From: Guillardia theta CCMP2712
Lineage: Eukaryota; Protista; Cryptophyta
DNA length: 64,000 bases
NCBI RefSeq assembly: GCF_000315625.1
Contig: NW_005434645.1
Location: 357,925-421,924 of the forward strand
Direction: 5' to 3'
Within the stretch, counting starts at the first letter, position 1. The number at the start of each line of letters is the position of its first letter. Below the pieces are notes generated by a model that saw only the letters and a list, made by a program, of their open reading frames with translations, was not told the DNA's origin and ran no database searches. Shown here piece after piece: positions 58,939 to 64,000 of this stretch. A program made the position numbers and the translations under genes.

Positions 58939-60011
58939 CCTGTGGAGGAAAGCACTTCCTTGTAGATACGTTCTCCGCGCGTCTTTCTTTGACAATTTTA
59001 CCCAGGAGCTTGTCAGGCCCGATGCCACCTTTCGATCATTTGGCAGGAGCTAACCCCGACATTCAGGTCACGTTCAGGGTATGAGCTGGAAGATCACCTT
59101 TGAAAATGTGTCAGCCGAAAGCAGTTCTTCCGCCTCCTCTACCTCCCCGTCTACTACACTCAGCTGTCCAACGGAGCTTATCCTATCAACCCCTCAATGT
59201 TCTGGCTACATTTCAGCGTCTCGGACGCTTCCATCGGTCGTTTAGCTCGTTAGAGTGTCAGAATTGAGCTGGGTTTCTCCCACCTCCTCCCCTTGGTCCC
59301 TTCAAACCTACTTGCCGCCTAAAGATCCCAGGATCGTCAAAAGGATACACACACCCTTTGCTGCTCATCGAACGTCTTCACAAGCTCCATAGCGGCATGG
59401 TGCCACTACCAATGTCTCCTCCCTCCTTTCCCCTACGATCCTCTCCCATGCTACTTCCTTCCTCCCTTCCCTTCCTCGCCTCGCTCCTTCGTGCGCCTGT
59501 CTGGCATTCTGTACTCCTCCAACTGCCCGCCAATAACTAAAACTTTGCTACTGGTGATCGGATAGAGGGAGGTCACGTCCCCACATAAACCGGTGTTGCT
59601 CCTACTAATTCAGTGGGGAAAGAGGGGTGGGGTGGTTAGGATTTGCAGGAGGTCGTGGTTCGCAAGGTGATGGATGAAACGCAACGATCGTGATCAGAAA
59701 ACACAAGAACATCCAAACGACATGTTGATGTTGACTTGATCTTCGATGTATTCATATCGATTCAACATTCCATTGAAGCAAGGGTTTCCCAATCATGATG
59801 TTTGATGAGGAAAATCCACTTTTTTAGAATGCACGTACGCTGTGCCAAGGATCGGTGTTCACTTGCCATGCAACAGGTCCGAGCGTGAAATGTACAACTT
59901 CCTGTTGAGCAGCCAGTATAATCCTCGAGTACCATATGCGTCCTCTCACACACAACCTATCAGCCATCTTTGATCGAATGCTTTCTCGAGGGCAGATGGA
60001 GGAGAGCTTCT

Positions 60012-63000
60012 TTATTCTTGCAAGTAAAAAGTTTCCGATACAGTCTCACTTATGCCGCCATGTGAAAGGCAAAACGCCTTGAGCCTGCACGAAGACCTGA
60101 GGGTGATGCGGATGGGCGAGGCTCCTGCTTGTTCGTAATTGCTGAGGCTCAGCTCCCGATCGTCGGTGCAGTAGTAGATGACGGTGTTGGGAGTGGCCGA
60201 AGCAAGGACCACGTGCATGTGATCCGTCTGGAAGGAGCCCCCGGGAGGAGCTATCACTGGGGATGACGGCGATTCGTCTGGGAGGGAAACGTCATGAAGG
60301 TGTGAGTGCAGGAGGATGCAAACCTTGCGAGATCTTCTTCTGGAGTTCACGCAGCTGCCGCCTCATATCGTTCATCTCATCATGATCCGAAGGGATGGGG
60401 CATCGCTCCAGGTTTTCTTCGCTCTGTTCAAGCCACCTCTCAAGCTTCTGAGGATCTGGGAAGCTGAACCTCAGCTTTGAAAGAATCCTCTGCAGGGTCC
60501 CTAGCGACAGGCCGGTCCCATCGTTGAGCTCTTGTATGATGACCTTGACCTCGTCGATCGATCTGGATGGCGGGCCATCGAGCACTGATAGCAGCGAGTA
60601 AATATGTAAAGGTGATCTTTCTCTGTCAATCCGTTCCAGCAGCATGCAGAGGTCAGTTGCATTCAGTCGCTCTTTCCTCAGGATGCAGTCCATGATTTGA
60701 CAGAACTCGATCACTCTACAAGAAGCATCATCAATTATTGATCATTCCAAAAATGCACTCACTGAATGTCAGTGCTCTCTTTCAACGTTGTCATCAACGT
60801 CACGTATTCCTCCTCGCTCAGCACTTGCTTGACCGGCTGTTTCTGTTGCTGAGGTCAAACCATCGATGACGAATTCAGCTTTCTCAATCACCTTGTCCTG
60901 GGATGCCAATTCCATCTGTTTGTATTTCAAGCCTTCAATCTCGTTGTCTTTCATCTTGATCCGCTGTTTCAAATCTCTGCCATCACGATTGGTCATTTCC
61001 AGATTAAAGTCCTCATAGACCGATCTCGTTACCTGATCTCATTATCTTGGTCGCCGATGGTCATTTCATTCTGACGCAATGTTTCTTTCGCTGCATTCTT
61101 CTCTTCCTAATGTGGAATTTTGTAAAGAACATTCCAGATATCTTGATCGTTACCAAAAGTTGGTAGTAATCGGTTTTTGGGATCATGGTTTTGATCATGT
61201 CCTTTGTGATTTTTAGCTTCTCTGCCAGACTTGTGTTCCTACTTTGCTGAACTTGTAAATCATTACAGAAATCTTCAACCTGTCGAGTTAGATTTGTTAT
61301 ATCCTCGGCCTGGTCAAAGGACATCTCATTATGCCAGACATTGACGTAATGCTTGTTATCACCATTTCAACAACTGCATCCTTGGTACAGTCTTGAAATC
61401 CCAAACATGTTTGTCACTCAAGATACAAACGGAGCGAGAGGTCACCTTCCAAATTTTCAACCTGACAAACAACAGTCACAGAGCTTCAGCAATATCAAGA
61501 CTTACCCTTCTTCTCATAAGAATGATTTCATCCATGCATCTAGACAACTGCGAGTCAAGATCTTGGATGACATGCTGCAAACTTTCTAGACGTCCTTGAT
61601 TATACAAGTTTTTCATCCTGACAATTGTTGGGCTCGATGTATCGCTGAAAGCAAACGAGGCTGCGATGATGTCCTCGACGTCAAGATGATTCTGGAGAAT
61701 TGCAATGTCCAATATTTTGTTGATGTCGTCTGCGATTGAAAGACTTCAGAAAGGAAATCTCATAAACCTCGAATTAGGGAATACCTCCTGTGACTTTGGT
61801 TGTTTGTAGTTTCTCGAGCAATCCTTGCGGCTTCACTGTCGCAACTTTCTCCAAGTAAGTCGCCAGTTTGAATGCGTCTGTACTCTGGTGATTCTTTGTT
61901 ATCTGTACGTCAAAACTTCAAAATTCTGCGATCATGATACAAAACCTTACCATTTCTGCATTAGCAACCATCGACTTCTTGATTTCTTGAATCTCCAAGT
62001 TTTTTTGATCCAGCATGCCATCCTTTGCTTCCATTTTTCCCTACCCATCTGTTGGAATGGAGATAGTATGAATCGTATTTTACCTTCCAAGAGGAGATTT
62101 CTTGCTTCAGAAGCAAGTTTTCCTCCCTAACATTGGACAGCTCCCTACGCAGATCCTCGAAATGTGACTTGATTGATTCGGAACCTCTCTTTCCCATTTC
62201 CATTTTTGTTTCAAGGCTATTCAATTTGTCCTTCGCAAAGAAAAACATTAATTGGCCAAGAAAAATATTATTCATGTGCCATGGAAAAACTACTTGGATG
62301 GTGATACATACCTTGGACGAGTCATGCTCCTGTCTAATCGCTTCAAGCCAGTTCCTCATCTGATGCTTCTCGTCTTGTATTACTCGAATCATCTCGATCA
62401 AACTCGCAACTGTCGCATCGACATTGACTTGGAGAGAAGAAAACTCTTGAAGAGTTTGTGCTGTCACACGAGGATCAGGCCGAACTAAGTTGGAATGGCA
62501 CTAGTTTTCTGCAAACCTCGATCTTCCAGCGAAGAAAGCTCCAGATTTTGGACATTATGTAAGATTATCTCCAGACAGGGCAATAGGTGCTGGTAATCAT
62601 CTTGGCGTAAGACATCTTTGATTTCTTTGACCATATTGAAGATCTCTTCAATCTTGTCCACGCGATTCTGAGATGTCCTCACCAGCGTTGCTTTTCTACA
62701 TGATACAATCATTCGAGCGAGAATGTGAATAACAAAAAACTACTTGACAATGCCGTTTCGCTTCAGAGAGATGATGCTTTTGGATCCGATGGCACCATTC
62801 CCCATCATGTTTTGAAGAATGTTATTCTCGTCTACCTGCAAATATTTTCAAACTAGAGGTAGAAAGAGTTCCAATCTATACTGGACGATTATCAACTGCT
62901 GTGATTTCATCTCCAAATAGGATCTCTCCTTTCTCAAAGGCCCATGATCCTGGCAGCACACACTTGACCTGTGTTGGCTTACAGTCTTGGGTCTCTAGTC

Positions 63001-63241
63001 CAATGCGAACTCCAAAGGTCGAAGCATCATCCTTCTGGGGAGATTTGTATAACGTGCTGATCCCCTCGAAGACCACCTGATTCAGTCTTTCTAGCTCTTC
63101 AATCATCACTGTTTCTTTCTGAACCATACAGAAAGTGTCCATCTTTGCTTGAATCGAGCCCGCGTCGAAGGACTGAAGCATCGGAGATTTCGGCGAGCTC
63201 CATGACATCGATTCATAAGGTGACCGAGGGGTACCGCTCAT
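60012..63241 (-). CDS. PDZ, long coiled-coil and C-terminal Fn3-associated/CHB_HEX_C-like domain protein, multi-exon
   Basis: PDZ-like FGVRIGL...VKCVLPGSWAFEKGEILFGDEITAVDNRPV-DENN...GSKSIISLKR; coiled-coil exons at 60300-62700; PVIAPPGGSF...VVLASATPNTVIYYCTDD...PIRITLRSSCRLKAF. Confidence 0.7.
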
Positions 63242-64000
63242 GCTGAGTACTGTTACACCCGAATCTAGCAAGCAAACGAGTCAGTGTCCTGTAATCATTG
63301 GGGAATTGACATCTACGCGGGAATATCCTGAATCATCACTCAACCAGACAATTAAATCGTCCATTGTACTTTTTCTCTCTTCCGATGGCATGACGGTGCA
63401 TTCCCATTCTTACATGCCTCTTGATCACACCAGCAGTTTACACTGCATTCTTAAATCTCAACCGTCCATGGTCACACCGATCACCCTCATTATGTCGCAC
63501 CACATCCAGGTTCCCTTGCATCTCTTCCCTCTGCCTCTCCTCTTTGGTCTCATGCGAATACCCAGCTGCTCGTTCCTCTTGTCTATCAACTGTATTCTGA
63601 TCCCTCTTCTGCCACGTTTATTCCTCTCCTCCTGAGAGTCCTCAGCGGCTGCTGATCTAATCATAGAGCTCGCTGGCATGTTCCATTTCGTCGGCACTAC
63701 TATCGGAGGTACCGTGGATTATCCCTGTACCCTCCTCAATATTATGAAATGTAGGGGTACTCTCCGGTCCATTGGGGGTCTTTTCCGACTACTAGCTACA
63801 GAGAAGCTACAAAGGGGTCGAGGTAGGTCCATGGTCCCCCCGGGGCCGGCCGCCGCCGGGGCCCCCGGCGGCCGGGCCCGGCTGGCGGAGTCAGTCCGAC
63901 CACGTGACTACTAACAGACAGATCGGGGGGCACTGCAGCGGCCGCGCCCGGGACTGCCAGGGGACTCAGGCCGCTCGAGTCGGCCGCCTACTAGCGGTTT

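Noticed and set aside
58939-59028. N-terminal extension of the NACHT ORF
   Set aside because: It begins at GTG; the first ATG (58938) coincides with the ubiquitin-like MQLFV start.
59600-59645. Telomeric repeat seed (ggttagg)
   Set aside because: A single occurrence within a GGGGT-rich intergenic patch.
1-64000. Transposase, reverse transcriptase, integrase, rRNA or tRNA genes
   Set aside because: No diagnostic motifs or cloverleaf structures recognised by eye; tRNAscan, Rfam and RepeatMasker were not run.

Overview
Gene-dense eukaryotic nuclear DNA with many short (about 44-60 nt) spliceosomal introns, GA/CT microsatellites, bipartite signal-peptide leaders and RWP-RK genes. This fits an alga with a complex red plastid, most likely a cryptophyte such as Guillardia theta (inference). 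About 18 protein genes can be modelled: RPAP1, a SAM-like protein, an ankyrin/WW protein, a DUF3054-like protein, an F-box protein, a CCDC81-like/multi-EF-hand protein, a Sfi1-repeat-like protein, CSN6, an acyltransferase-3 protein, a ~3000-aa EGF-containing type I membrane protein, a novel three-repeat protein, two divergent RWP-RK paralogues, an NCoR/Snt1-like SANT protein, a SpoU methyltransferase, a class I sirtuin, a NACHT-WD40 protein and a PDZ/coiled-coil protein. The best candidate for an undescribed system is the intronless NACHT-WD40 (NWD1-like STAND) gene. Its N-terminal ubiquitin-like domain ends in LVGG directly before a cryptic N-myristoylation and polybasic motif (GSGSSLLFGKGKKK), which suggests membrane anchoring released by a deubiquitinase. 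A second ubiquitin-tail mimic (LRLRGG) ends the leader of the ankyrin/WW protein. Other notable signals are at least six GC-AG introns and a recurrent intergenic motif set (AGTACCCC, TGACTCA with CCGG islands, AACTT). Multi-exon gene boundaries were read by eye and are approximate. No rRNA, tRNA, CRISPR array or transposase was recognised.
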